A stretch of DNA of 63,368 nucleotides, the filler included. It is 7 parts of 7 records of this genome, joined end to end, with 100 filler letters (N's around TTAATTAATTAA, not from the genome) between each part and the next. Parts side by side here need not be neighbours in the genome. Positions count along the whole stretch, not along the records: positions 33,800 to 39,252 come from SRR31156797_21659; positions 39,353 to 46,965 come from SRR31156797_21661; positions 47,066 to 56,302 come from SRR31156797_21679; 4 more parts are not named here. One strand, 5' to 3'. Of this stretch, positions 38,576-48,429 are shown in pieces (position 1 is the first letter of the stretch; each line of letters opens with the position of its first letter). The notes under the pieces were generated by a model. That model was not told the DNA's origin, did no database searches, and saw only the letters and a program-made list of their open reading frames with translations. A program made the position numbers and the translations under genes.

Positions 38576-39193
38576 TTAAATCCCCAAGATGGCCCTCCAG
38601 CCAGCATTACTGTACGTCACCAATGCGTTCACATATTCAAAGGCTTCCTCCCTTGTCAAACCAAGATTCACCACTTTGAAGACGGAAGCGAAATACGTGT
38701 CTGTCAGGAGATGGCTGACGTTTCGTTGCATTTCGTGAAACTCAACCTGGTTCCTTCGAAGGATCGCGAAAAGATTCTCTCTCTCATTGACCTCGAGCAT
38801 GACAAGATCATCCACAAAGCTGCTGTATTTGGTGCCCTCCGAACGCATCAGGATCAGCTTGAAACAATCAAAGTTATCATAGATATAGTCAACAAACTTC
38901 GTCGCGGCCTTGTAAGATACATTCAAGGCATGGGTAATCTCTTTTGCATTGAGGTATTCCGCGCTTTCCTCCTCCGAGTCTGTATATATTTCTTTGGCTC
39001 CCTGAACGACAGGCTCGACTAAAGCGGCGAACAAGGACTCTTTATCCGGAAAGTGTCTGTAAAACGCACCAGTGGTAACGCCCGCGTCTTTGCATATAGT
39101 CCTCAGACTAGCTGGTTCATATCCGTGTTCAAGGAAAATCTTTTTAGCGCTTGTGAGAATCTTCATATGGGTATTATCGTAGTTTCCTGGCAA
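38576..39193 (-). CDS. TetR/AcrR family regulator
   Basis: SAKKIFLEHGYEPASLRTICKDAGVTTGAFYRHFPDKESLF. Confidence 0.92.
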   Translation of the reverse strand: MPGNYDNTHMKILTSAKKIFLEHGYEPASLRTICKDAGVTTGAFYRHFPDKESLFAALVEPVVQGAKEIYTDSEEESAEYLNAKEITHALNVSYKAATKFVDYIYDNFDCFKLILMRSEGTKYSSFVDDLVMLEVNERENLFAILRRNQVEFHEMQRNVSHLLTDTYFASVFKVVNLGLTREEAFEYVNALVTYSNAGWRAILGI

Positions 39194-39205
39194 TGCACTT
39201 CCCTT

Positions 39206-39224
39206 AAGATAACATTGTTATCTT
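39206..39224. promoter_or_regulatory. Operator upstream of tetR
   Basis: AAGATAAC-ATT-GTTATCTT, same core as 38507-38540. Confidence 0.7.
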
Positions 39225-39252
39225 GGGTTAACTTATAGCAACAAAGAAAAGC

Positions 39253-39352
39253 NNNNNNNNNNNNNNNNNNNNNNNNNNNNNNNNNNNNNNNNNNNNTTAA
39301 TTAATTAANNNNNNNNNNNNNNNNNNNNNNNNNNNNNNNNNNNNNNNNNNNN
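39253..39352. other. Artificial contig linker
   Basis: N44-TTAATTAATTAA-N44. Confidence 0.99.
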
Positions 39353-39354
39353 CT

Positions 39355-39417
39355 GTTAACATGCTTACTGATCTTGTTGAGTCTGCAAAGTCAATGTTTG
39401 GCTCTTACGCCTGCTGA
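39355..39417 (+). CDS. C-terminal fragment of an unidentified gene
   Basis: VNMLTDLVESAKSMFGSYAC* followed by a terminator. Confidence 0.45.
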   Translation, partial: VNMLTDLVESAKSMFGSYAC

Positions 39418-39431
39418 TTTTCTTTATTTGA

Positions 39432-39466
39432 ATTCAGCGCCTTTTGGGTGCTGAATAACTCTTTTT
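39432..39466 (+). terminator. Hairpin plus T-run between convergent genes
   Basis: ATTCAGCGCC-TTTT-GGGTGCTGAAT..CTTTTT. Confidence 0.55.
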
Positions 39467-39483
39467 TGTTTTAATTCAGAATA

Positions 39484-40146
39484 TCAGAGTTCAACAGAAT
39501 ATCCGGCAGATATATTTACAAAACTTTTCGGATACATTTTCCTGATGACATCCTTATGCGATGTGCAATGTCCTGCTCCGATCAGTTTCATGCCTTTGAA
39601 CACTCCATATTCCTGACTGTCATGCAAACCACCGAATATGCCGGATATTTTTCCAAAAAGGGAGGCAGCTTCAGTTATATATAATAGTCCGGGATGTGCA
39701 CAGCCTGTAACTACGTAAAGACTATTTCCCGACTTGAGAACAAGTGACTGTTCTTTTATCTCTCTACCAAGTTCTCCCGTAGTGTAGACATTCCTGCATA
39801 TTTCCTCGCTGCCTTTTACTCCATAGAGTTTTCCTGTTATCCTTGATGCCATCTCTTTTTTAAGGTTGGCTGAGAAAGAAGAGGGTACATATAGATCAAC
39901 ATCCGGATTCTTGTTTAGAAAAGTCGTGACTCCTCCGATGTGGTCCCAATGCTGATGTGAAATAACGAGGACATCGATACTTTCAGGATCAATGGACAAT
40001 TTCTCCATATTGCTAAGAAGTAAGTGTCCATCCCATCCTGTATCGAACAGGATAATGTTGTCCCCTGTTTCTATCAGGCAGGAGAATCCCCATCCTTTCT
40101 GCAGGCATTCTTCTGCCTCATTGTCATAAACAACGGTGAGTCTCAT
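39484..40146 (-). CDS. MBL-fold metallohydrolase
   Basis: MRLTVVYDN, WGFSCLIE, SHQHWDH, TGCAHPG, GHCT. Confidence 0.85.
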   Translation of the reverse strand: MRLTVVYDNEAEECLQKGWGFSCLIETGDNIILFDTGWDGHLLLSNMEKLSIDPESIDVLVISHQHWDHIGGVTTFLNKNPDVDLYVPSSFSANLKKEMASRITGKLYGVKGSEEICRNVYTTGELGREIKEQSLVLKSGNSLYVVTGCAHPGLLYITEAASLFGKISGIFGGLHDSQEYGVFKGMKLIGAGHCTSHKDVIRKMYPKSFVNISAGYSVEL

Positions 40147-40163
40147 TATATAACTCCAATTCA

Positions 40164-40733
40164 TTAATCGATCTCGAACCTCTTTTTCAGGTAATAGCCT
40201 GAATAGATAGCTCCTGCAGGATTATGGGCAAGTACCCTGTCTTTGACAATGAAAGTGGTAACAGGGGCAGCTGAATACTGTGTGAACAGGATGTCATGTC
40301 CTATACAGAGTCCGATAATAAGATTGAGCTGTGTTCCTTTCTTCTCAAGGAGCATTGCCTGCCCTATTGGATTACATGTAGGGTCAAAGGAGTCAGGATG
40401 CAGTTTTTCCAGTTCATATTTCTCTTTGTCTATTGCAGATACTTTGCAGCAGACGGAGAACACCTTAAAATGTTTTTCCAGTATCTTCTGCGTGATCTCT
40501 GCTTCCTTTTCCATGCCTACACAAAAAGCAAGTCCAAGCCTTTCATACCTCATCTCCTTTGCGTATAGGATGATCTCTTCAAGCCTTGTCTTTTCCATAT
40601 AGTGTCGGGCTTCTATTGCAGCTGATGTCCTCATCGATCTGAGTTCATCTCCTTCATAGGCTATGTCATTGCTTATGCCGGCACAGTCTTTGCCCCCTCT
40701 GCAGCCCTTATCGTTACAATACGCACATTTCAT
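40164..40733 (-). CDS. DUF1847 metal-binding protein
   Basis: MKCAYC; TRLEE, AFCVG, CCK, CNPIGQA, GLCIGHD, KDRVLAHNP. Confidence 0.85.
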   Translation of the reverse strand: MKCAYCNDKGCRGGKDCAGISNDIAYEGDELRSMRTSAAIEARHYMEKTRLEEIILYAKEMRYERLGLAFCVGMEKEAEITQKILEKHFKVFSVCCKVSAIDKEKYELEKLHPDSFDPTCNPIGQAMLLEKKGTQLNLIIGLCIGHDILFTQYSAAPVTTFIVKDRVLAHNPAGAIYSGYYLKKRFEID

Positions 40734-41175
40734 TCGATGACCACTTGATGATTTGATAATATCCTTATGTGAAAGCATATATTCCCTCATATGAGATATA
40801 ATATGTGGTGATTTTAGCTTAGAGACCTTTATCGTTGCCGTAGTAATAGGCTTCTTATAGGGTTTTAGGGGGTATATTAAGACATATATTGGCATGTATG
40901 CAAAAATAGTTACATCAAAAAATAATTAATACTATTTAAGTAGCTGCCACAGATATTGTTATTTATAAAAAGCCACATACATACATATACTCTAATGAAT
41001 GTTTATGTAGGTTATTTTGCGTTTTTGTAAACATTAATTATAAAAACAGCATCAATCAACTGCTAGACATCAGATATTGATCATGCACAATTTTTGGATA
41101 TAATGCAACTTCATAAAAACATTTATATGATATTAAGTGATACTAATTTCTAACTGCATTCAAGGAGGTAATAAA

Positions 41176-42441
41176 GTGGAGGCAATTATCATAGGTGGCT
41201 TCTTAGGAAGCGGAAAGACAACGACAGTGATCAACGTAGGTAAAGAACTGGCTGAAAGGGGCAACACGGTTGCAATAATAGTGAACGAAGTCGGTGAAGT
41301 CGGTATTGACGGAGACCTGATCTCAAAATATGGACTTGATACCAAAGAGATAACAAACGGATGTATCTGCTGCACATTGAAAATCAATATGAAAACAACA
41401 CTTACAGAACTTTACAACTCATATAATCCAGATTATATTCTCGTAGAACCATCCGGAATCGCTTTTCCAAATCTTATTAAAAAGGAACTTGAACTGATGG
41501 ACTTCAGGGACAAGTTACAGGTTGCACCTCTTGTCACACTTATAGATGGCAGCAGGTTCAAGGACATTATGAAATCGGTCAAAGTATACGCACTAAGACA
41601 GATTGAAGATGCAGAAATACTGGCCATTAATAAAACAGACCTGATCGAACCTATAAGGGCACCCATTCTTGAGGAATCGGTCCAACAGTTGAATCCGGAA
41701 GCAAAAGTCATCAAAATGTCTTCAAATTCAGGAGATGAAGGTTTCATCAAATTGATGAAAATGATTGCTCCAAATATCATTGCTGAAAAAGAAGCTGTTT
41801 TCAAAAAGGTAAAGGCGGAAGAAACTGTTCATCATGATGACCACCATCACGACGAGCATCATCACGATGGTCACCATGACCACGATCATGAACACCACCA
41901 TACACACTACGACAGTAAAAGTTCCGGACTTGCTTCGTATGCAAACGACTACATGATACTTGAAAAGGATATCGATTCAGAGCTTGCAAAGGAAATAGCT
42001 ATGGAAATAGCCAGGAACGTAAAATCCGAGGTCATCGGATTCAGTCCTGAATTTGTCGGCCACTTAAAAATGTTCCTGGAAACTTCAGCAGAAACTGTAA
42101 AAATAAGTGTAACATCACATTCAGAAGATCCTGCTGTCAATATAATACAAACAGCTGTTCATTCCGGTCCCAGATTTAAGATTCTGACAGCGGTTTCAGG
42201 CATGCATGAAGAAGATCTTGTGCACCTTGTAGATGAAAATGTTGAAAAGGCATTTGCCAGCAGGGATATGGTAGCACAGCGCCTTCATGAGTCCAATGAT
42301 CACGACCATCACCATGATCATGACGATGACCATCATCACGGTCATGGACACAAGCATTTGCACGAAGAAGATGATGCCATGGACGATATCTACGACCATG
42401 ACCTGACAGCTGGCAGTGCAGGAGAAAGCTGCAATCTTTGA
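41176..42441 (+). CDS. CobW/HypB/UreG-family GTPase with two His-rich tracts
   Basis: GGFLGSGKTT, NEVGEVGID, GCICC, EPSG, NKTD; GTG after AAGGAGG. Confidence 0.88.
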   Translation: MEAIIIGGFLGSGKTTTVINVGKELAERGNTVAIIVNEVGEVGIDGDLISKYGLDTKEITNGCICCTLKINMKTTLTELYNSYNPDYILVEPSGIAFPNLIKKELELMDFRDKLQVAPLVTLIDGSRFKDIMKSVKVYALRQIEDAEILAINKTDLIEPIRAPILEESVQQLNPEAKVIKMSSNSGDEGFIKLMKMIAPNIIAEKEAVFKKVKAEETVHHDDHHHDEHHHDGHHDHDHEHHHTHYDSKSSGLASYANDYMILEKDIDSELAKEIAMEIARNVKSEVIGFSPEFVGHLKMFLETSAETVKISVTSHSEDPAVNIIQTAVHSGPRFKILTAVSGMHEEDLVHLVDENVEKAFASRDMVAQRLHESNDHDHHHDHDDDHHHGHGHKHLHEEDDAMDDIYDHDLTAGSAGESCNL

Positions 42442-42470
42442 CTGATCAGATATTCAGCGAGGAGGATTAC

Positions 42471-43532
42471 ATGAAGATAGTAATTGTCAGTGGTTTTCTT
42501 GGTAGCGGAAAAACAACTTCTGTTGTTCAAATAGGAAAATACCTGCAGAATAAAGGTTTGAGAGTAGCGGTTCTTGTTAATGACATTGGTGATGTGGGTG
42601 TCGATGGCCAGATCATCAATGAGAATGGAATCGAATCAAAGGAAATACCGAGAGGCTGTATCTGCTGCACACTAAAGTACGCACTGGAAGGAAATATAGC
42701 ACTGGTTCAGGCGCAATATGATCCTGATATCCTCCTTATTGAACCAACCGGTGTCGCATTTCCACTAAGGGTCAAGGAGCAGATCGAAAAGATGGGGTTC
42801 GAATCCAGTGAAGTTAGTATGGGTCCGATCGTAGGAATGATTGATGGCAGCAAGTTCGAAGACCTGATGCAGCACTCAGGAGATGCAATTACAAAGCAGA
42901 TCGAGAATGCAGATATTGTACTTCTTAACAAAAAAGACCTGTTAAGTACACAGCGACTGTCTGAAATTGAAGGAGCTATAAAAGGAATTAATCAAGATTC
43001 TGCACTTCATTCTTTGTCACTGAAATGGGATGATGGTTCATTTGTCAGGTTTGCAGATTCCCTTTTCGAAAGCTTGAATGATGGTTCATTTGATCAGAGA
43101 ATGGATAGAGGAATTGCAGGTGTGGACGAAACATGTCAAAGTGGTTCCTGTGCTCCTGATATGGATGATTTTAACCACTTCAATGTGAGCAGCTATGCGG
43201 ATTCTTACTCCATAGGTGAGTATTCTGATGATGAACAACTGGCTCACCAGGCTCTGGAGCTGATTGGCTCTATCAAGGAAAGCGTGATGGAATTGAACCC
43301 GACATTTTTAGGACACCTGAAAATGTTTCTCCACGCGGGATCCACAGCGCTTAAGGTCAGTATAACCTCCTACCACGATCAGCCCGAGATAGAGTACATC
43401 AGCACCGAGGCAGATGAGGATGGTAAAATGACCGTGTTCGCAGCAGTGACGGATGTTACGCGCGATAGTCTTGCAGATATTATAAATAATGCAGTAAGTG
43501 CACGGTCAGGACAGTTTGGAATTCTTGCCTGA
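42471..43532 (+). CDS. CobW-family GTPase, second paralogue
   Basis: GFLGSGKTT, GCICC, EPTG, NKKD; ATG 42471 after GAGGAGG (alternative TTG 42438). Confidence 0.88.
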   Translation: MKIVIVSGFLGSGKTTSVVQIGKYLQNKGLRVAVLVNDIGDVGVDGQIINENGIESKEIPRGCICCTLKYALEGNIALVQAQYDPDILLIEPTGVAFPLRVKEQIEKMGFESSEVSMGPIVGMIDGSKFEDLMQHSGDAITKQIENADIVLLNKKDLLSTQRLSEIEGAIKGINQDSALHSLSLKWDDGSFVRFADSLFESLNDGSFDQRMDRGIAGVDETCQSGSCAPDMDDFNHFNVSSYADSYSIGEYSDDEQLAHQALELIGSIKESVMELNPTFLGHLKMFLHAGSTALKVSITSYHDQPEIEYISTEADEDGKMTVFAAVTDVTRDSLADIINNAVSARSGQFGILA

Positions 43533-43609
43533 CATCAAATGTTTATTTATAGATTCCCATTAAAGAATTAAAAGCCATTGCCTCCACCTTATTCAAATTA
43601 AATGGCTTT

Positions 43610-44041
43610 TCATTCTTTTTTCCAGACCATGACATATTCCGAAAATCCTGAATCTTCGTTGTTTTGCTCATTCTTTACTATGAAACCATTTTTCATGTAA
43701 AATTCGACAGCTTTCCTGTTTTCAGTATAGACTCCTACTTCCAGGTCAGAATAGAGTGACTTGCAATGGTCCAGCAGTTTTTGTCCAATTCCTTTCCTCT
43801 GATATTCTTCCATAACAAATAATGCGCCAATGAAATGGCCATCAATTATACCTGTAAAACCCTTTACCACGCCATCTTCTACATAGACAAATGTCTCAGA
43901 TATTGGCAGGTATTCCTCTTTGACAACATCATAGTTAGCTACCCAGTACTTCTCAGGTATGAAGCTGTGAGACCTGACATTGGCCTTCAGCCAGATATCC
44001 ATAACGGCATCTATTTCAGAGGGTTCCAATTTTCTGATCAT
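43610..44041 (-). CDS. GNAT N-acetyltransferase (YiaC-like)
   Basis: IGALFV..YQRKGIGQKLL, NRKAVEFY..GF. Confidence 0.88.
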   Translation of the reverse strand: MIRKLEPSEIDAVMDIWLKANVRSHSFIPEKYWVANYDVVKEEYLPISETFVYVEDGVVKGFTGIIDGHFIGALFVMEEYQRKGIGQKLLDHCKSLYSDLEVGVYTENRKAVEFYMKNGFIVKNEQNNEDSGFSEYVMVWKKE

Positions 44042-44105
44042 CGTTTCCTCATGATGAATTAAAATGAAATTTGTGACCGAATTAAAAAACAAAGAAAAGA
44101 AGAGA

Positions 44106-44122
44106 TTGTGTCAATGACACAA
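44106..44122 (-). terminator. Palindrome 3' of the divergent chelatase copy
   Basis: TTGTGTCA-A-TGACACAA followed by a T-rich run on the minus strand. Confidence 0.5.
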
Positions 44123-44123
44123 C

Positions 44124-44519
44124 TTAAAGGGCTTCCTGTACTCTCTTGAAGATGAGGTCTGCAATAAGCCTGTCACTTCCAAGAGGCTTTGCATAGGTAA
44201 TCTTTACATTCTGTCCGTCAAGTTCTACTTCGCCTTCGTTTGTTTCAGAGTCGAGATTGATAAATTCCGGAATATCCTCGGTGAGGTGAACTCCGGATGC
44301 CATGAATACAGGTGCAGCAGCTATTTTTGTGACACCTGTGCCTTCAAAGGACATAAGTGCTTCTTTAACCTTAGGCTCACTGTGCTCTACGAATCCTACT
44401 TTTATAACATACTCCGGGTGTTTCCCTGAGATCATGTTTGCTATCTCATTAACAACCTGATTGTTGTATGGTAATCTGCTGCCGTGTCCAATAATTAAAA
44501 GTCCTATTTTTTCACTCAT
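44124..44519 (-). CDS. cfbA: Sirohydrochlorin chelatase (CfbA/CbiX-S), divergent copy
   Basis: [29 protein letters not shown]. Confidence 0.8.
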   Translation of the reverse strand: MSEKIGLLIIGHGSRLPYNNQVVNEIANMISGKHPEYVIKVGFVEHSEPKVKEALMSFEGTGVTKIAAAPVFMASGVHLTEDIPEFINLDSETNEGEVELDGQNVKITYAKPLGSDRLIADLIFKRVQEAL

Positions 44520-44795
44520 GATATTACTTCCTTCCAAAACATCATTAGCAATAAGGTATATAGGTCTTTGCGAAATTAACACGTGTGAATTCTAATTTTT
44601 CCATTCATGGTATAAAATATTGTGGATACGAGTAGCAACATAAAAAGAATATTGAAACCGGTTCAAAATTCCTGTCCATGATTATGGTTCAGGTTTTTAT
44701 TTTGATGAAATACCCATCAAAAGTACAAAATAATCGTTTGTTATAAAGTCAAATGAAGATACTGCAAAAATAGTATTTGCTAATAAAAAAGAGTA

Positions 44796-44812
44796 CTGTG
44801 TCAGTGACACAG
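44796..44812 (-). terminator. Palindrome 3' of the canonical cfbA
   Basis: CTGTGTCA-G-TGACACAG followed by a T-run on the minus strand. Confidence 0.5.
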
Positions 44813-44813
44813 C

Positions 44814-45209
44814 TTAAAGGACTTCCTGTGCTCTCTTGAAGATGAGGTCTGCAATAAGCTCATCGCTTCCAAGAGGCTTTGCGTAGACTATCCTGACCTT
44901 GCTTCCGTCAAGCTCGAGTTCACCTTCGTTTGTCTCAGGGTCGAGTTTGAGAATTGCAGGAATATCTTTTGTGATGTGAATGCCTGATGCAAGGAATACT
45001 GGTGCTGCAGCGATGGTTGTTACTCCTGTACCTTCAAAGGACATGAGTGCCTCTTCGACTGTAGGCTCGCTGTTCTCCATGAATCCTGCTTTTACGATGA
45101 ACTCAGGGTGCGCTTCTTTGATCATGTTAGCGATCTCTGTAACTACCTGGTTGTTATATGGTAATCTGCTGCCGTGTCCAATAGCTAAAATTCCGATTTT
45201 TTCACTCAT
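44814..45209 (-). CDS. cfbA: Sirohydrochlorin nickelochelatase
   Basis: [29 protein letters not shown] as in Methanosarcinales CfbA. Confidence 0.88.
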   Translation of the reverse strand: MSEKIGILAIGHGSRLPYNNQVVTEIANMIKEAHPEFIVKAGFMENSEPTVEEALMSFEGTGVTTIAAAPVFLASGIHITKDIPAILKLDPETNEGELELDGSKVRIVYAKPLGSDELIADLIFKRAQEVL

Positions 45210-45512
45210 AATGTAACCTTCTTTGTAAAATATAGTATTAATATTAATAGTAATTGTGTTACTATGCTGGGGGTAGTAGGGTTGTTATGGGATATAATGG
45301 TTTTGTCTTCTAGCCCGGTATGACCTACTTTTGTATCAAATTCTACGATTCTTCGCAGAAGACATATCCACAGCACAAGCTCCCAAGTTCCTGCAAATGA
45401 TAGAACTATGAATTACAAAATCACAAAAAAAGTAGATATATGAACGCTATCCAGGAAAAAGCCGAAACCTTTCGCTTATAATAACGTCCACATTGAAGTT
45501 TCTATTCTAAAT

Positions 45513-46826
45513 TTATGCTTCCTTCTTAGCCTTTACCTTTGCAAAGAGCTGCTTGAGGGTGTCCTCATTGCTCACTGTTTCAGGGAATGGGGAATCTGTG
45601 AATGGTTCGAAGTATACAGGCACATTGTCGAGCCTGTAGAACGTACCGTCACATTCCATAGCATCAATGACACCAGGCAGAACTACGTCTGCTGCTGTTG
45701 TTGATGGACATGGTGCAATGTCAAGACAGACCATTGGAATGTCTGCGAGATACTTTGCACAGTCTGCAGGAATGTGGTTCACAAGGTCAGCGGACATGAT
45801 GAATGCTGCATCGACATCCTTCTCTCTGAGAAGGTCCACGGTTGTGGTCTCTCCAGGATTGTACCTTGGATATCCCTTCATGAAGTCAAGACCGAATGGG
45901 TAACCGTAAAGATAGGATGCAAGCTGGTTGAATCCTGCTACGTTACAGTGACCTCTGAGAGCACCGATGTTACACTTGGTGTAGTTGTTCATCTCCTTGA
46001 CGAAGTTCAGTGCGATCTCAATGTTCCTGTGCTTACCGTATGAGGATGAGACACCAAGACCAACGTAGATAGCAACGAAGTTTGATTCCTTCATCATTTC
46101 AACGGTCTGTTTCATTGATGAAATTGGAATTCCTGTGATCTCTTCAACGGATGGATGTGGTTCCTTACCGTTAAGGATAGTGAACAGTGCGCTGAGAAGT
46201 TCATAGTCTGAACTTGGGTTAAGCTGAAGGTGCAGGTCTGCTGCAGCAGCGGTAGGGGTTACCCTTGGATCCACTGTGACCATTGTCCTGTCGAATCTGC
46301 CTCTCTTTGTCCAGTAACCTCTTGGGAAAACACCGTACTTGGACATGTGTCTTGGCATTGATTCCAGTGCATTGACACCCCAGTAGACGATCATGTCAGC
46401 CCTGTTCTTTGCCTGACCGGCGGTAGCTCCTACCATACCGGATTCCTGGATACCCATGACAGTTGGTCCGTGGCAGATAGTTGCGTTGGAGTCTGCAGGT
46501 GCGCCAAGGTATTCGGCGATGTGAAGTCCTACTTCCTGTGCTTCACAGGATGTCTCACTTCCAAGGAAGAACATTGGACGCTTTGCATTTACAAGAATGT
46601 CTGCTGACATCTCAAGTGCTTCGTCCCAGCTAACATCCTTTACCTTACCGTTCTCTCTGATGGTTGGCTTAAGGATCCTGTGTGAGCTTACAACTTCCTG
46701 GAACTTTGCGTTACCCATCTTACATGCGTTCTGAACGTCAATGGTTCCGTTCTCTTTGTCCAGTTCTACCTGAACATCGTCACATGAACCTCCACATACC
46801 GGACAGATGATGTTCTTAAAGACCAT
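45513..46826 (-). CDS. fmdB: Formylmethanofuran dehydrogenase subunit B (Cys ligand)
   Basis: CPVCGGSCDD, NATICHGP, RGHCNVAG, GTFYRLD; Mo vs W isoenzyme not resolved. Confidence 0.93.
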   Translation of the reverse strand: MVFKNIICPVCGGSCDDVQVELDKENGTIDVQNACKMGNAKFQEVVSSHRILKPTIRENGKVKDVSWDEALEMSADILVNAKRPMFFLGSETSCEAQEVGLHIAEYLGAPADSNATICHGPTVMGIQESGMVGATAGQAKNRADMIVYWGVNALESMPRHMSKYGVFPRGYWTKRGRFDRTMVTVDPRVTPTAAAADLHLQLNPSSDYELLSALFTILNGKEPHPSVEEITGIPISSMKQTVEMMKESNFVAIYVGLGVSSSYGKHRNIEIALNFVKEMNNYTKCNIGALRGHCNVAGFNQLASYLYGYPFGLDFMKGYPRYNPGETTTVDLLREKDVDAAFIMSADLVNHIPADCAKYLADIPMVCLDIAPCPSTTAADVVLPGVIDAMECDGTFYRLDNVPVYFEPFTDSPFPETVSNEDTLKQLFAKVKAKKEA

Positions 46827-46827
46827 T

Positions 46828-46965
46828 TTATTCACCTCCCATGTACAGCTTCAGGACAACTTCCTCGGCGCTGAGTACCTCTTCATCAGTTGGTTCTACG
46901 AAAACAGGAGCTCCCTTATAACGTGGTGAACCTGTTGAGAATGTGTCAGGCTCAACGACAACATT
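46828..46965 (-). CDS. fmdD: Formylmethanofuran dehydrogenase subunit D (5' partial)
   Basis: NVVVEPDTFSTGSPRYKGAPVFVEPTDEEVLSAEEVV..GGE*; absent from the ORF track. Confidence 0.85.
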   Translation of the reverse strand, partial: NVVVEPDTFSTGSPRYKGAPVFVEPTDEEVLSAEEVVLKLYMGGE

Positions 46966-47065
46966 NNNNNNNNNNNNNNNNNNNNNNNNNNNNNNNNNNN
47001 NNNNNNNNNTTAATTAATTAANNNNNNNNNNNNNNNNNNNNNNNNNNNNNNNNNNNNNNNNNNNN
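46966..47065. other. Artificial contig linker
   Basis: N44-TTAATTAATTAA-N44. Confidence 0.99.
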
Positions 47066-48069
47066 ATCGGAGCTTTTGCACCACAAAGGATGGAACAACC
47101 GCGTTCGTCACCGACTTTCAATGCACGAGGCATGGTGTTGATGCAATGCATGCAACGGACACATTCCTTATTGTCGATGGCAAGCTTGCCACCTTCGTAG
47201 GAAATGCACTTGGACGGACACAGGTCGACAACTTCTTTCTGAATGTCGAATGCGCCCCAGTCTTTACCAGCGTGAGCGCCGGCGTTCGGGGGGAATTCTC
47301 CGCCAACATACGCTGCAACGGCTTCCTGGTCGACCTTGATGTCGTCTTTCCAGGTACCGATGAAGGACAGGTCAGAACGAGCGATAGCAGCAACGCAACC
47401 GTTGGGGCACGCATCGAACTTAAACTTGAACTTGTAAGGGAATGCAGGACGGTGAAGCTCATCCTGGTATTCCATGGTCAGGTGGTAGCACAGTTCCTGA
47501 GAGTCGTAACATGCATACTCACAACGGGACATACCCATGCAAGCGGCAGGTGTACGCAAGTTGGAACCGGAACCACCGAGGTCGATGTCCAGATTGTGGG
47601 TCAGCTCGAAGAAAATTTCTTCCAACTGCGGAGTGGTGGTGCCCAAGAACACGATGTCGCCGGTGGCGCCATGCATGTTGGTGAGACCGGAACCACGAAG
47701 TTCCCAAATGTCCATCAAGTCGCGCAGCAACTTGGTGCTGTACCACTTACCATTGGGCTGAGCCACACGAACGGTGTGAAAGTGAGCTACGCCGGGGAAC
47801 ATCTCGGGCTGGTCACAGTAACGGCCAATAACGCCGCCGCCATAACCGAAAACGCCGACGATACCGCCGTGCTTCCAGTGAGTTTCACCATCGGTGTAGG
47901 ACATTTCGAGCACGCCCAGCAAATCATCGGGGCAGTCGACGGGGATCTGGTAGTCAAGACCCTTCTCGTTCTTGGCTCGAGCTGCAGCCTCCTGTTTAAT
48001 GTCGGATACGAAGCTGGGCCACGGGCCGCTTTCCAGCTGATCCAACAGAGGAGTTTTGTGTTTCGCCAT
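47066..48069 (-). CDS. dsrA: Dissimilatory sulfite reductase alpha subunit (3' partial)
   Basis: [44 protein letters not shown]. Confidence 0.97.
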
Positions 48070-48236
48070 TCCCTTAACCTCCATTGTTTGATTAAGATGT
48101 TGCCATCAACCATTATTGCGCTCAGGCCGGCAAGCAGTGATGAAGATCACCTGAAGCCAAAGCGCCTTTCCTACGTAACGCAAGTACCTCGAATATTGGC
48201 ATTTGCACCTATATTCACAAGGTATGCAGGGCTGAC

Positions 48237-48266
48237 AATGTACTGAACACACCGGTTTTATGTCAA
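48237..48266 (-). promoter_or_regulatory. Sigma70 promoter of dsrA
   Basis: TTGACA-18 bp-TACATT on the minus strand. Confidence 0.55.
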
Positions 48267-48429
48267 CCGAAATATCCACTAAATCATTGCCAATCCTTAA
48301 TCTACGGACCCAACGGACAGCCTGTACGCACATTTAGATTCATCCCCCGAGCTTGCCATTGCAGCCAAGCCGGAGTATCGGTCCCATGGCACAGGTTATG
48401 GACCGCCACAATCGATACCGTAAAAGGAT

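Noticed and set aside
41828-42365. CAT/CAC/GAT-rich repeats as possible CRISPR or VNTR
   Set aside because: They encode His/Asp tracts; no repeat-spacer structure; no CRISPR array seen anywhere in the window
39353-46965. Pyrrolysine read-through in the methanogen contig
   Set aside because: No gene appears interrupted by an in-frame TAG
45513-48069. Methanogenesis gene fmdB adjacent to dsrA, suggesting a sulfate-reducing methanogen
   Set aside because: Separated by an artificial linker; different contigs and domains of life
47146-48246. 366-aa plus-strand ORF
   Set aside because: Antisense shadow of dsrA
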